Counted from the first letter of the stretch, positions 1 to 10,418 are shown. The stretch: 64,000 nucleotides of DNA from an uncultured Candidatus Saccharibacteria bacterium (GCA_964574145.1 CAZNKJ010000001.1:16852-80851); one strand, 5' to 3'. Numbers and translations: made by a program. The notes: generated from the sequence alone by a model not told the origin.

Positions 1-746
1 GTTGGGTGATTTTCATACACAAGAGCGAACGGCTCTTTAGATTTTATACGGACACTCTTCTTGGCGGTAAGTAACGGATTTGACGATGAAACTGTAACAG
101 AAATATTCAAGCTGTTGAAAAAAGACGCACTTGGGAGTGTTATATTGTGTCTCCCTCTCCCAGATTTACTTCCGAGTATTCGTGAACCAATTTTCCATGT
201 ATAAATTAAACTTTCTGGTGCAATTTTTTTGCCGTTTGTGGAAATAAATTCTGGCACAGCGACTATAGTTACAGGGCTTTGGGAAGTGGCTATAGCTTTA
301 CCTTTATAAAAAGGGGGTGTATAAGTTCTTGCCTCCCATATCAGATCTACATTTGCCGGACGAAAAGTTATTTCTCGTGTAAAACTACCTCGGTCGGGCG
401 TTTGGATTGACACACGTATTAATGTTCGACCACCAATACTTCCTGTTTGAAAGGATGTTTGTTTTTTACCAGTCCCCTTTTCTATAACTTTTCCATCTTT
501 TGTCCAAGTAAAATAAGATTGGTCAATTTCAAAAGAGAAACTTCGAACAAGTATTGTTACATTTTCGTTAGGCCCAGGGTCTCTAGGATAAACATCAAAT
601 GAAAATTGTTCTGTTAGTGGGCTTTGTTGCGATTGCGCATTTGCTATAAAGGAAGATACAAAAAAAAAGGAAAAAATGAAAAACAAAAAAAGAGCAATTC
701 TTATAGAAAAGTTTTGAAATTTACGTTGATTAATTGTTCCCATCAT
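1..746 (-). CDS. Secreted/membrane-anchored beta-rich (Ig/PKD-like) hypothetical protein, runs off the window start
   Basis: Not in ORF track. Hand translation from ATG at 746: MMGTINQRKFQNFSIRIALFLFFIFSFFFVSSFIANAQ (signal peptide ending ANA-Q), then YPRDPGPNENVTI...FTWTKDGK...DLIWEARTYTPPFYKGK, open to position 1. Confidence 0.75.
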   Translation of the reverse strand, partial: MMGTINQRKFQNFSIRIALFLFFIFSFFFVSSFIANAQSQQSPLTEQFSFDVYPRDPGPNENVTILVRSFSFEIDQSYFTWTKDGKVIEKGTGKKQTSFQTGSIGGRTLIRVSIQTPDRGSFTREITFRPANVDLIWEARTYTPPFYKGKAIATSQSPVTIVAVPEFISTNGKKIAPESLIYTWKIGSRILGSKSGRGRHNITLPSASFFNSLNISVTVSSSNPLLTAKKSVRIKSKEPFALVYENHP

Positions 747-814
747 ATTTACAGTATGTCTTTAAGTATGCCAAGAATAGAGAAGAAAGGGAACTCTTTC
801 TATAGGAGATCTTA

Positions 815-1123
815 TTAAGCTTTTTGGGTAGCCTGTTCCTTGTTGTAATCTTCAATGGTTTTACAGACTGCTATTGTAAAAAACGGGGCAATGTCTAAGA
901 ATGGGATTGCGAATTCCACTAAAGATGCTCCAAAGAAAATAAGGGCGCGTTTAGGTCGTGTAAAACTTACTCCATGTATTAAAAACCAAATATAGAAAAT
1001 AATAAATGCTATAAATGCTATTATGTTTGGTATAAAAACACTCCACGCAAAAAGAAACTGGAGGGTGTCTACCATAATAGCAGTGGTTATAATAAGAACT
1101 GAGCTAGATTTACTTATGCGCAT
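815..1123 (-). CDS. Small hydrophobic membrane protein
   Basis: 102 aa with about 3 hydrophobic segments; begins 2 nt after the VirB4-like gene. Confidence 0.7.
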   Translation of the reverse strand: MRISKSSSVLIITTAIMVDTLQFLFAWSVFIPNIIAFIAFIIFYIWFLIHGVSFTRPKRALIFFGASLVEFAIPFLDIAPFFTIAVCKTIEDYNKEQATQKA

Positions 1124-1125
1124 AA

Positions 1126-2976
1126 TTACAAGGAGCCGTTACTGATAGTCGGACCTTCTTCTGTTGGTTTATTCATTTGTAACTCTTGTCTTGCGCGTTT
1201 AATTTCTAATATTTGAGAGGGGTCAGAGGTAATAATCTGATCCTCTGTATATGAAGCAATAACCTTAATGGCGACATGCTTAAGCCCCGCAAAGAATATT
1301 CCCTCCCCAACATCAGATTCAAGTAAAAGATATTTTTCCTCATCACTAAGGTTGAATGTGCTTTGGACAGCGTTAATTGAGGTTGGGGATTGTTTCAAGA
1401 GTATTTGTATAGAAGAGTTGGTTAACATTGGAAGCCCATAGGGTGATTTTAGAAAATCATCAACATCTTGTGTGATAGTAGCTATCCCTAAATAGTATTT
1501 ACGCCCACGTTTTGCCAGTCCATAAAGAAACGAAGCTGTGTCTTCAGATTTCATCATCCACCATGCCTCGTCAATAACCAGAATTCGTTTTTTAAGATTT
1601 CTTCGTATCGCATTCCAAATATAATGAGTAACTATATACATAGCGACTGGCTTAAGGTCGTCTTCCATATCTCTCATTGAAAATACTACAAATTTTTTAT
1701 TAAGATCAACATTAGTTGGTTTATTAATAAAACCAGCCCACGTTCCTTTTGTGTATTTAGAGAGTCGCTGTACAAGAGAGTCGCTTCCTTCCATACCAGA
1801 AAGTACAAGCTCAAAATCTGACAGAAGCGGGGGTTCTATATGAGAAAAATCGGAGTCTCCGGAAATATCCTTCAACGCATATGTTTCAGTAATGGCGCGA
1901 TCAATTAGCGCGTCTTCTTCAGGAGTTATGTTTCCAAGCATAATACGGAACATCCCAACCAGATTTACAATGTTAGAACGTAAGATATCTGCTGCGGATT
2001 CTCCTTCTTGCGGGTTCGGCAAGTCAAACGGATTAATATGATGTTTTGAATTTAGAGAAATGTTAAAATATCTTCCCCCTGTAGCGTCTGCCATGTATTC
2101 ATATTCACGCTCGGGGTCAATAACAATAACTTCTATACCAAACATTAGGCTGCGTAGAATCTCAAGTTTTGCAGCATATGATTTTCCAGAACCAGATGTT
2201 GCGAACATTACAGAGTTATAATTTTCAAGACTAAATCTATCAAATAAAACTAAAGAAGAGTTGTGTCTGTTGATGCCATATAAAATTCCTTTATCAGCAG
2301 TTAGATCAAAAGATATGAATGGAAAAGTACTCGATAGAGGTGCTGAATTTAATTTTGAATGCACGTTCAGTTCGTCGGTCGCTATCGGTAATGTGCTTTT
2401 ATAACCTTGTTCTTGTTGGAATAAAGCGGGTTTTACATAGACAAGCTTTGCTTCAAGTATTGATTTAATTTCAGACTCTGTTTTGTCTAGCTCTTCTTTA
2501 GTGTCTCCATAGATAGTTATATATAACCCAACATCAAAAAGGTGCTCCCGTGCTTGTTGTAGTTGGTCGCGAAGTTGTTCAAGGTCTTGGTGCGCTGTGT
2601 CTAACATTGGATCACGCACAAGACCTCTGTCTTCCCGTGCTCTGATTTGACTTTCAACTTCAGCCACCTTCTTTTGAAATTTTCGTAGTGCGGTAGCGGT
2701 GTCAATTGGGTGTACAAAAATAGAGACATCAAACATTTTGTCCATATTAATAACCGGCGAGAACCAGCTTTCTGTCAAATATCTAGGGTATGAAATAACA
2801 AAAAAACTTCGGGCAATTTTATCTCCAAGCTCAAGTTCGCGAGGGGTAATTTTAAGAGCTGAAGGAGCAATAATATCTTGTAGCTCTAAAACACCGGTAG
2901 CATATATATCCTCGGGTAATATCGGAGCAATAATATTTTTATTTTTTTCTTTCTTTTTCCCAAAAAAGTTAATCAT
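1126..2976 (-). CDS. virB4: VirB4-like (TraE/ConE-type) T4SS ATPase
   Basis: Walker A ATSGSGKS, IVIDPEREY, Walker B LVIDEAWWM, KRGRKY and ITQDVDD motifs of VirB4/HerA-FtsK-type conjugative ATPases. Confidence 0.85.
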   Translation of the reverse strand: MINFFGKKKEKNKNIIAPILPEDIYATGVLELQDIIAPSALKITPRELELGDKIARSFFVISYPRYLTESWFSPVINMDKMFDVSIFVHPIDTATALRKFQKKVAEVESQIRAREDRGLVRDPMLDTAHQDLEQLRDQLQQAREHLFDVGLYITIYGDTKEELDKTESEIKSILEAKLVYVKPALFQQEQGYKSTLPIATDELNVHSKLNSAPLSSTFPFISFDLTADKGILYGINRHNSSLVLFDRFSLENYNSVMFATSGSGKSYAAKLEILRSLMFGIEVIVIDPEREYEYMADATGGRYFNISLNSKHHINPFDLPNPQEGESAADILRSNIVNLVGMFRIMLGNITPEEDALIDRAITETYALKDISGDSDFSHIEPPLLSDFELVLSGMEGSDSLVQRLSKYTKGTWAGFINKPTNVDLNKKFVVFSMRDMEDDLKPVAMYIVTHYIWNAIRRNLKKRILVIDEAWWMMKSEDTASFLYGLAKRGRKYYLGIATITQDVDDFLKSPYGLPMLTNSSIQILLKQSPTSINAVQSTFNLSDEEKYLLLESDVGEGIFFAGLKHVAIKVIASYTEDQIITSDPSQILEIKRARQELQMNKPTEEGPTISNGSL

Positions 2977-2984
2977 ACTGTTTT

Positions 2985-3632
2985 TTAGTTTAAATTTTCT
3001 TGAAGAGATATTGGTTTCTCAAGCTCTCCTGGGTTAAATAGTTTGTAAAAAAGCTCAATCATTTCCTCAGTCCCAAGTTGTATTACACGAACACCTGTGC
3101 GGGAAATCCCTTGTTCAACAACTGAGACTCTTTGCTGAAGTTGTGTGCGGTTTTCTTCAAAAGATTGACTTTTTTGCTTGTCGCCAACAGCTTTTTTCTT
3201 ATTTCGGAATGAGTCTAAAAAACTACTTTTACTTATTATTATAGATGGTGAAAAAGGCACTACAATAAAAAAACTTTTTGACATTATGTTAGAGTTTTCA
3301 GTAAAATTTTTAACAAAACCGATATATTCACGCACCTGTATGCGCATTAAGTCGTCTGTTTGAGCCTTGTAACGGTCTTCAAGTAGGTTTATATAGGGTC
3401 TAATATCAAGTGCTCGTGACTGTACAAAAAATTGTACAGAAAAATCTAATGAATTAAGAAAGTTTTGAAATTGAAAAAGTATAGACTCCTGTTCATCTTG
3501 TGACTTTAAAGCAAAATTAAGAGATGAGACCATAAGTGTGGCTCTCATAGAGCCGTCATTGAGGATGGCGACACCGTCGCGCACTTCTTTTATGGGTACG
3601 AAATCTTGTGCAGCTTTTGATTTTTTATTCAT
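2985..3632 (-). CDS. T4SS-associated protein resembling the N-terminal part of Gram-positive TraE/VirB4 (or a PrgI C-terminal extension)
   Basis: VSSLNFALKSQDEQESI...FLNSLDFSVQFFVQSR motif; lies between prgI and virB4. Confidence 0.65.
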   Translation of the reverse strand: MNKKSKAAQDFVPIKEVRDGVAILNDGSMRATLMVSSLNFALKSQDEQESILFQFQNFLNSLDFSVQFFVQSRALDIRPYINLLEDRYKAQTDDLMRIQVREYIGFVKNFTENSNIMSKSFFIVVPFSPSIIISKSSFLDSFRNKKKAVGDKQKSQSFEENRTQLQQRVSVVEQGISRTGVRVIQLGTEEMIELFYKLFNPGELEKPISLQENLN

Positions 3633-3772
3633 AAATATATGTGATACATGTATCTCATACCATCTTTGTAATTTTATTGATGGATTGTCTCTTAATCAAT
3701 CGGAGATACAATCTATATTATCACGAAGGTTGTTTGACTCAGTCGTACTTATTAACGTATTTTGTAGCTTAC

Positions 3773-4201
3773 TCATTGTTGTTGATTTTTATCGGAGTAG
3801 ATACTCTCTTTAATATCTAGACTCCATGCTAAATCTTTAAGTTTGCTTTTAGATAGAGTAGGAACTATAAGCGTATTAAGATCTTTTTTATTTTTTCCTG
3901 AAGCAGAGCGGATGAGGTTATGTTCTCGTTTTTTCCAAATATAAAGATTGTTTTTTAAGGTAAAGGAAAAAGCTGATTCCAGAATGTTAATAAACGGTCT
4001 GTTGTTAATCTTTATAAATGACAACGCTCCTCCGAGCGCTGCAATGGGGGCTCCTATTAGAAAGACAAGAAATGTTGGAAGAACAGCCCAAAGCATTACT
4101 ATTATCCCGGCTGTTCCTGATAGATAAATAAATTGTCGTAACGTCAACGGACCAAATATTTTATCTTCAACTTCAATAAATTGTGGGACCTGAAAACGCA
4201 T
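3773..4201 (-). CDS. prgI: PrgI family protein (VirB3-like)
   Basis: N-terminal VPQFIEVEDKIFGPLTLRQF followed by two TM helices and a KINNRPF motif. Confidence 0.8.
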   Translation of the reverse strand: MRFQVPQFIEVEDKIFGPLTLRQFIYLSGTAGIIVMLWAVLPTFLVFLIGAPIAALGGALSFIKINNRPFINILESAFSFTLKNNLYIWKKREHNLIRSASGKNKKDLNTLIVPTLSKSKLKDLAWSLDIKESIYSDKNQQQ

Positions 4202-4288
4202 AAGTGGATAGATATCAAGTAATAGTTAACAATATATTTTTTAAGTATACCATGACCTTTTTAAGACCAAATATAAACGTAGTAGGTT

Positions 4289-4825
4289 TTAGTTAATTGA
4301 CTCGCGATATGGATCTATAGAATATGGGCGAGTTTTTTCTTTAGAAGTGGGTGAAGGTAGTAATTCTTTAGTTTGCTGAGTGTTTGCTAAAGATTTTATC
4401 TTTTGTATTTTTTGAGAGGCAGCATCTTCTGTTTTTGTGGAAGTAGGTAATGGTTTCTCTTTTGTATGAATTTGTTTAACATTGTTAGGAAATTCCTCTG
4501 TTTCATTCGTTCTTTCTTCTTTAAGTTCTTTCTTAAGTTTGCTAAATATCTTATTTTCAATTGCTAGAATTATTTGTTCTGCTGCTTCCTTAGATATTCG
4601 CAGGCGTTCTATAAGGTGTGTCACAAATTCGCTTTCTCTGGTAAATCCGAGCAGAACAAGTCCTACTTCATCGGCTAATTTACTAACCTGTTCATTACTT
4701 AATTGCAGGGTTTTACTAATGATACCAACGGCGTTTGCTGTATCTACGGAATAAAGGGTGTCCTGAGTGACTTTTGGGAGCTGGTTAAAACGTTTTTGTA
4801 CTTGTTCAGTTGTTGGGTTGTTCAT
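4289..4825 (-). CDS. Hypothetical cytoplasmic protein with C-terminal DPYRE motif
   Basis: 178-aa ORF in operon context; helical N-domain, low-complexity linker, C-terminal YSIDPYRES. Confidence 0.7.
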   Translation of the reverse strand: MNNPTTEQVQKRFNQLPKVTQDTLYSVDTANAVGIISKTLQLSNEQVSKLADEVGLVLLGFTRESEFVTHLIERLRISKEAAEQIILAIENKIFSKLKKELKEERTNETEEFPNNVKQIHTKEKPLPTSTKTEDAASQKIQKIKSLANTQQTKELLPSPTSKEKTRPYSIDPYRESIN

Positions 4826-4849
4826 GTCTTAAAAAAGTTAAGTTTAGTT

Positions 4850-7096
4850 TTAGAGGGGGCCCTCTTTTTTCTTTATTACTTTTGTCCACTCATCTTCAGC
4901 AATCTCTTTTGCAGTTTTTTTATTTTCTGATGATGAAGAAGGCTTGTGGGTAGTATCTGTTCCTTTTCCTTGTGCCCATACACGCTGCGCGGGTACTGAT
5001 CGGAAATAATCAGCAGCAGTTTGACGAGATCGTTTTGCTGCGGAAAGTTTCTCCTCATTCTTTTTTGGATCTGCATCTAGATTTATATCAAGCATTTTTT
5101 CATCAACTTTTTCAAGAAAATCAGCAATTGAAGAGAGGTCTTCTGTATCAACCTCTTCTATTCCGTTCTGACCCTTGAGACGTTTGGAGAGTTCTTTAAT
5201 GTGTTCTATGTAACTAGACGTGAGCTCGTCTTTTCTCATACCTAAAGCAGCTGAATGACCCCCTGAGTAGGTTAGGACCATAGCATCTAACATCTTATCT
5301 ACATTTTCTTTATTATCTCCTGTGTGTGAAACAATCACTTTGTCTAGTTTGGAGACGTCAGTAGCTCTTTGTTTGGAAACATTTGTTGCAATTTTTTCAA
5401 GAGAATCTGTTTCTGGGCGGAACTTATCAAGAGTGGATGTAGAGACTCCTGTATTTTTAGCCAAAGCTCTGGCCTGTTGAATTTGCTTAAAACTTAACGA
5501 GCCAAGATCTTCTTTTTTAGTAATAGCTTGAGTTATAGCAGCTTTGTCTATAGGAAGTGTGAATTTTCCAAGTCTTCGTTTTAATTCTGGAGTACTAAAC
5601 TTTTCAAGCTTAGCTGACTTCTTTTTTATATCATCTCTATAAGACTGTGATACGTCTTGTAACCCTTCTCTTACTCCAGGAACATGTGACGCGGCTTTTC
5701 CAATAGGGCGGGCGACTTTCATTATCCCATGCATTGGGTTGAGGCGGTGGCGTTTTTGAGCTTCTCCACTCTCAATTTCGCGGGCAAGTGGAGCGAGACG
5801 ACGTTTTGTCCACCTACCACCAACCTTAAAACCAGCCCCAACACCTTTTTGTGCCCATCCTGTTGCCTTAGATGCCCCAAATATACTCATTTGTTTTGCT
5901 ATAACCAAAGAAGCAATAGTGAATGCCATTACGATTAAGAAATTTACCAAAATAACAACAGAACCTGGGTCTCCTGTTGTTAGTCCGCTAAATTTTGCAC
6001 TCGTCATCGTATTACCGTTTGCATCTATAAGTCCAATACTTTGTCTAAAACCATCACCCTCAACAATTCTGAGAGTAAACCATGTAAACAGAAAAAAAAT
6101 TGGAGCAAATAATGCGTTATTTATAAGGGCATTCCACCATTTAGAGGCAAGTCCGCTGAATTTTGGTATAGCCATAGCCACAAATGCGAGAGGTGACAGA
6201 ATCATTAAAAAGATAAGGATTACAAATCTGGAAATAAGTATTAATGCCGCTGCAAAAAAAACAGCAGCAGTTATTATAAATAACAACGATGACATTATTC
6301 CTATTAAGAATATATTTTCCGTATTTAATCTATTAGAATTAATTTCTCCTGTTTTTGTGTCAAATCCGTATAGAGACGTTAAAGAAAGTGCCTTCATGTA
6401 GCGTGTTGCGATACCACCTCCCGCTTTTAATTTTTCAACTAAGGATGGGTTTGTGTTTGCGTCTATTCCAACTGATTTATAATAAAATTGTGTAGCCAGT
6501 ATATTACTTACATCAATCACTATGTTAGTGAAGAACAGGCTGAAATTTATAAGGAGCGCTATTATAATTACACGCACTAAAAGATCTTTCATTCTGTAGC
6601 CGGACACTCTGAGAATAGTAGAAATTCCTATAATAAGAAGTAGGAAAATGAGAACTATGTTTGCCAAATCACGGAAAGTTGCCCAACCAACACTGATAGC
6701 TGTAATTTGCTTCACCATAACTGACATTTGCACCACTGTTTGGAAGGATACATAATTTAGAAGTAGTCCGCTTGCCCATACCAAAATGGCAAAGAAACCC
6801 ATTATTGCCAGCATTAAATAAGCCATAGCGCTTTTAAACTGTCTCATAAACCACCCGTCTCCTTCTTTAGAGCTGTCGTTACTATCACTTCCCGAAGTGG
6901 CTTCTATGGAACTTTCTGACCCGGGACCAGATATTGGGCCATCTTCATCTACCCCAACAACTTTGTTAGCGGCCTCTATGTAAGAAGTATTCAATATTTG
7001 TTTAGAGTAATTAGCTGAAATAGGGGTAAAAACCCCAATAGAAAATATCACCATCAGTAATATTCCTAGCACAGTATTTTTTATTGGGAAATTCAT
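4850..7096 (-). CDS. VirB6/TrbL-like polytopic membrane protein with long cytoplasmic C-terminus
   Basis: 748 aa with 7 or more TM segments (WATFRDLANI, IALLINFS, RFVILIFLMILSPLAF, KWWNALI); adjacent to prgI/virB4. Confidence 0.65.
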   Translation of the reverse strand: MNFPIKNTVLGILLMVIFSIGVFTPISANYSKQILNTSYIEAANKVVGVDEDGPISGPGSESSIEATSGSDSNDSSKEGDGWFMRQFKSAMAYLMLAIMGFFAILVWASGLLLNYVSFQTVVQMSVMVKQITAISVGWATFRDLANIVLIFLLLIIGISTILRVSGYRMKDLLVRVIIIALLINFSLFFTNIVIDVSNILATQFYYKSVGIDANTNPSLVEKLKAGGGIATRYMKALSLTSLYGFDTKTGEINSNRLNTENIFLIGIMSSLLFIITAAVFFAAALILISRFVILIFLMILSPLAFVAMAIPKFSGLASKWWNALINNALFAPIFFLFTWFTLRIVEGDGFRQSIGLIDANGNTMTSAKFSGLTTGDPGSVVILVNFLIVMAFTIASLVIAKQMSIFGASKATGWAQKGVGAGFKVGGRWTKRRLAPLAREIESGEAQKRHRLNPMHGIMKVARPIGKAASHVPGVREGLQDVSQSYRDDIKKKSAKLEKFSTPELKRRLGKFTLPIDKAAITQAITKKEDLGSLSFKQIQQARALAKNTGVSTSTLDKFRPETDSLEKIATNVSKQRATDVSKLDKVIVSHTGDNKENVDKMLDAMVLTYSGGHSAALGMRKDELTSSYIEHIKELSKRLKGQNGIEEVDTEDLSSIADFLEKVDEKMLDINLDADPKKNEEKLSAAKRSRQTAADYFRSVPAQRVWAQGKGTDTTHKPSSSSENKKTAKEIAEDEWTKVIKKKEGPL

Positions 7097-8529
7097 AAGG
7101 AGTTCTGAGAGGTGTTATTAGTTGAACCACATTCGGCAATGGCGGTATTGATGTTGGTTTGAAGTGATTTCATTTCTTGGATTATACTAGCACTTTCTTT
7201 TCGTGCGATTCTAATATCTGCTTCTGTGCGCAAAGCGCCGCTGGTTTGTAGGTCAAGAAATGGTTGTATCGCAGTTTTAAGGTCGTTTGGGTTTGAAGCT
7301 GTTGATATTTCTGTCTGTATAGTATTAAGATTTTGAAGTCTTTGTTCTGAGAGAGTCGCTTTTTCTGATATGGAATTTTTTCTCAATAAAATAGTTGAGG
7401 TAAATAGCCCTGTTTTAATAGGGTCACATGTGCTTAGTGTCGCATTTAGTTTTTCTGTTGAGAGAATTGTACTTAAACTGCTGAGTACGGTGTTTTTGTA
7501 AGTCTCTTCAATTTTAATAGCTGAGCTAATCTCTTTAGAGACAGTTTCTTTAGCTTTGTTTAAAATCTTATTAGTGGCTGTGGAATCTGCTCGTAGTCGT
7601 GAGGTGTACGAAGGTTGTCCATTTTGGTTTTGGCTAAGTCCGAAGAGTCCACCTGACCCGCTAAGTGCTTGTTGTGTAAGTTGAGTAAGAAGAGCCCCTA
7701 TTATTTCATCAATTTCATCTGCGACTATTAATCTGTTACGTCCTGAGTCAAGGGTGTCGTTAAGCTGTGACTCAATAACCTTGCCTGGGGTAACTACAGG
7801 ACAGTTTGCTGTGCTGATGGAGTCGGTGGCTCCCGATCCGCCACATTCTTTCCAGGAAAGAAAACCATTTCCCCAGTCAAGGAGTTTTAATTCACGACCT
7901 CTTGCATTTACAATACGAGCATTAAGGCTTTCAGAAGCTTGAAGATATCTTGAATAAGGATTATCTTGCACAGTCAATTCATACCACCCATCCCACCCCC
8001 CTGATTCAAAGTTTCCGGATAAAAAATTATCTATATTATTAACCACATTACTAAGACGGCACTCTATCGTTTTGCCAAAAGAAGAATTGTAATTTATAGC
8101 AAGGGCTCGGCGTATCTGTAGTTGAAATGGGTCACACAATAAACCAAGCTCAGTTCCTTCTATGAAGGAACCAGCAACTTTATCTGAAATATCAGTAAGG
8201 AAACCCCCTAAGTCAGTAACAAATGCCGGATTACCGTCAAAACCAGAGTTTATCCAGTTAACAATATTATGAGACATTTCTTGTATCACAATATTTGCTA
8301 TAGCCCACCCAATTTTATCTAAGGCATATTCTTTTACAACAAGTGTTTGGCTACCACTTGCAGAAATAGCAGTAAAGCCAGTAATTTGAGATATGAAGCC
8401 AAGTTGCGGTCCCACTTCAGTGGTGGGAATGGCCTCAGCTTTTTTGTATGGATATAGTAAAAAAACTGAAGTTAGTAGGGTTAGTGCCAGTAGAGAAATA
8501 AATTTTTGTTTGTGTGCAGAGTGTATCAT
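7093..8529 (-). CDS. Secreted hypothetical protein (T4SS-cluster associated)
   Basis: Signal peptide ending AEA; WINSGFDGNPAFV, LCDPF, GFLSWKEC and CPVVTPG motifs; ATGA overlap with the downstream gene. Confidence 0.7.
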   Translation of the reverse strand: MIHSAHKQKFISLLALTLLTSVFLLYPYKKAEAIPTTEVGPQLGFISQITGFTAISASGSQTLVVKEYALDKIGWAIANIVIQEMSHNIVNWINSGFDGNPAFVTDLGGFLTDISDKVAGSFIEGTELGLLCDPFQLQIRRALAINYNSSFGKTIECRLSNVVNNIDNFLSGNFESGGWDGWYELTVQDNPYSRYLQASESLNARIVNARGRELKLLDWGNGFLSWKECGGSGATDSISTANCPVVTPGKVIESQLNDTLDSGRNRLIVADEIDEIIGALLTQLTQQALSGSGGLFGLSQNQNGQPSYTSRLRADSTATNKILNKAKETVSKEISSAIKIEETYKNTVLSSLSTILSTEKLNATLSTCDPIKTGLFTSTILLRKNSISEKATLSEQRLQNLNTIQTEISTASNPNDLKTAIQPFLDLQTSGALRTEADIRIARKESASIIQEMKSLQTNINTAIAECGSTNNTSQNSL

Positions 8530-8534
8530 CGTAT

Positions 8535-9524
8535 TTAAAAAGGCAGATTGTTTAATAAGTATCCATCTTCGTTTTTATTGAAAGTTATATTTTTTTGCGT
8601 GAAATAGGTCTGCATATTTTTTAAAGATTGTGCTGTTTTTGCTGAATCAGTAGTATATTTTTTAAGCTTTACTAAAGCCTGCAACGGGTCAATAAATAGG
8701 TTTCTAAGGCTGGTTAAAGAATCATACAGAGAAGAAATATTATTTATAAGCTCGAGATGGATATTTACAGCACTATTTGGTGTAGGTACAGCAAGAAGAT
8801 TGTCCACAATGTCTTTATAGCTCTTTAGGATAGAGTCTAGTTTCTTTAGCTCATTTGGTTTGTTCCCAATCACCGCTTTTTCAACAATATCAAGCGCTCG
8901 TTCTCTTCCAGAATTTCCATATATTTTCAATACAGAACCCATTTGATTTCCAAAAGTTCTTATAGTTTCTGGAGTTTCCTTAACAACTATAATATCATTT
9001 ATATTATATATTGTTGGGGTGGTAGAGAGGATTTTTTTAGCTTTTTCTAAAAGAATTTTTGTTTGTGTAGGGTCTTTTAGTTTTCCAGATTTACGCAAAC
9101 TCATATAATCAGTGAAAAATTGTTGTGAAAAAATCTCAGTAGAGTTTAAAGAAGTAGAATCTTTAGTAAGAGGTGCTACTTTTACATTTAGGTAGTCATC
9201 GGGACCTTTTTTGAGTGGGTTTCGATTTAGATCCACCTCTTCTCCATCTTTTGTGCCATCACCGTCTGTGTCGGGATTGTTTGGGTCTGTATTCCATAGT
9301 GTCTCTTCCCAATCAAGCAAGCCGTCTTTGTCACGGTCATTATTTCTAAGTTTTTTTTGGAGAACACCAGTTATATTTTTTTCCGCGAAATCTGTTTGAA
9401 TATTTTTGTTGAGAGCAGAGCTTTTTGAAGTATGGAATGATAAATATAGAAAAATTGCAAAAACAAAGAGCGTTAACAGCCCCCCTGCGGCAAATATTCT
9501 AATTGTGCGTGGTAATAATTGCAA
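8535..9524 (-). CDS. Membrane-anchored protein with thrombospondin type-3-like Ca-binding repeats
   Basis: N-terminal TM helix; DRDKDGLLDWEE...DPNNPDTDGDGTKDGEEV. Confidence 0.7.
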   Translation of the reverse strand: MQLLPRTIRIFAAGGLLTLFVFAIFLYLSFHTSKSSALNKNIQTDFAEKNITGVLQKKLRNNDRDKDGLLDWEETLWNTDPNNPDTDGDGTKDGEEVDLNRNPLKKGPDDYLNVKVAPLTKDSTSLNSTEIFSQQFFTDYMSLRKSGKLKDPTQTKILLEKAKKILSTTPTIYNINDIIVVKETPETIRTFGNQMGSVLKIYGNSGRERALDIVEKAVIGNKPNELKKLDSILKSYKDIVDNLLAVPTPNSAVNIHLELINNISSLYDSLTSLRNLFIDPLQALVKLKKYTTDSAKTAQSLKNMQTYFTQKNITFNKNEDGYLLNNLPF

Positions 9525-9620
9525 AATAATACCCCCTTATTACCTTTTTAGTATACCGCACCTTAGCATTAGAGCTATGTGTGATTAATAAGAAATGTTG
9601 AAAAATGGATGTAAAATATT

Positions 9621-10418
9621 TTATCTTTTTTTAAAATGGCGCGTAATTTGTATCCAATTCTCAAGACTGATATCCTCAGCTCGTACATTGCTTGGAATAT
9701 TGAGTTTATGAAACATGGCTGTTAATAGTTCAGGTTTAATCAGAGATTTAAGATTACTTTTTAAAAATTTTCTTTTTTGTGCAAAACCTGTTTTAACCAC
9801 TTCAAAAAAAAATCTCTCATTTATGTCAGCAAGTTTTTTGTTATTTATATCTTCTATCATTAAAACTGCAGAAGAAACGTTGGGTTCTGGTCGAAAAGCT
9901 TTTTTCCCCACAGTTCGTATGTATTTAGGAGAGCCGAATGCTTTAACAGATATAGACAGAACACTTTCTTTTTCACCTAATGAGTGCCCCACTATCCTTC
10001 TAGCCACCTCCTTTTGAAGAAGAAACACTATCATCGTTGGTTTTATTTTTCCACTTAAAAAGGTTCTCAGTAGTTCACCTGTAATATAGTAAGGAATATT
10101 CGCAATAAGTTTAAAAGGATGTTTGGAAAAATGATATTTTTTTAAATCAACATCTCGCACATCTGCGATTATAAGTTCTAAAAAGCCAGAATCTATTTCG
10201 TTTTTAAATTGCGTAGATATTTTTTCAGCTAAGATAGGGTCTTTTTCAATAGTGGTTACATGGCCTGCGTATTTTAAAAGCTCTTTTGTTAGCATCCCTT
10301 TACCAGGTCCTATTTCAAGCACATAGTCGTTTTTTTTTAATTTCCCTGCTGCCACTATAGAAGCTAGAACTTTTTTGTCTTTTAGAAAGTGTTGTCCTAG
10401 TCGGGCTTTTGTTTTCAT
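9621..10418 (-). CDS. rsmA: 16S rRNA adenine dimethyltransferase RsmA/KsgA
   Basis: LGQHFL, VLEIGPGKG, IANIPYYIT, LQKEVARRI and FRPEPNVSSA motifs. Confidence 0.95.
   Translation of the reverse strand: MKTKARLGQHFLKDKKVLASIVAAGKLKKNDYVLEIGPGKGMLTKELLKYAGHVTTIEKDPILAEKISTQFKNEIDSGFLELIIADVRDVDLKKYHFSKHPFKLIANIPYYITGELLRTFLSGKIKPTMIVFLLQKEVARRIVGHSLGEKESVLSISVKAFGSPKYIRTVGKKAFRPEPNVSSAVLMIEDINNKKLADINERFFFEVVKTGFAQKRKFLKSNLKSLIKPELLTAMFHKLNIPSNVRAEDISLENWIQITRHFKKR

Noticed and set aside
3696-3776. 26-codon ORF (MSKLQNTLISTT...) overlapping the prgI stop by ATGA
   Set aside because: Too short and featureless to support without conservation data.
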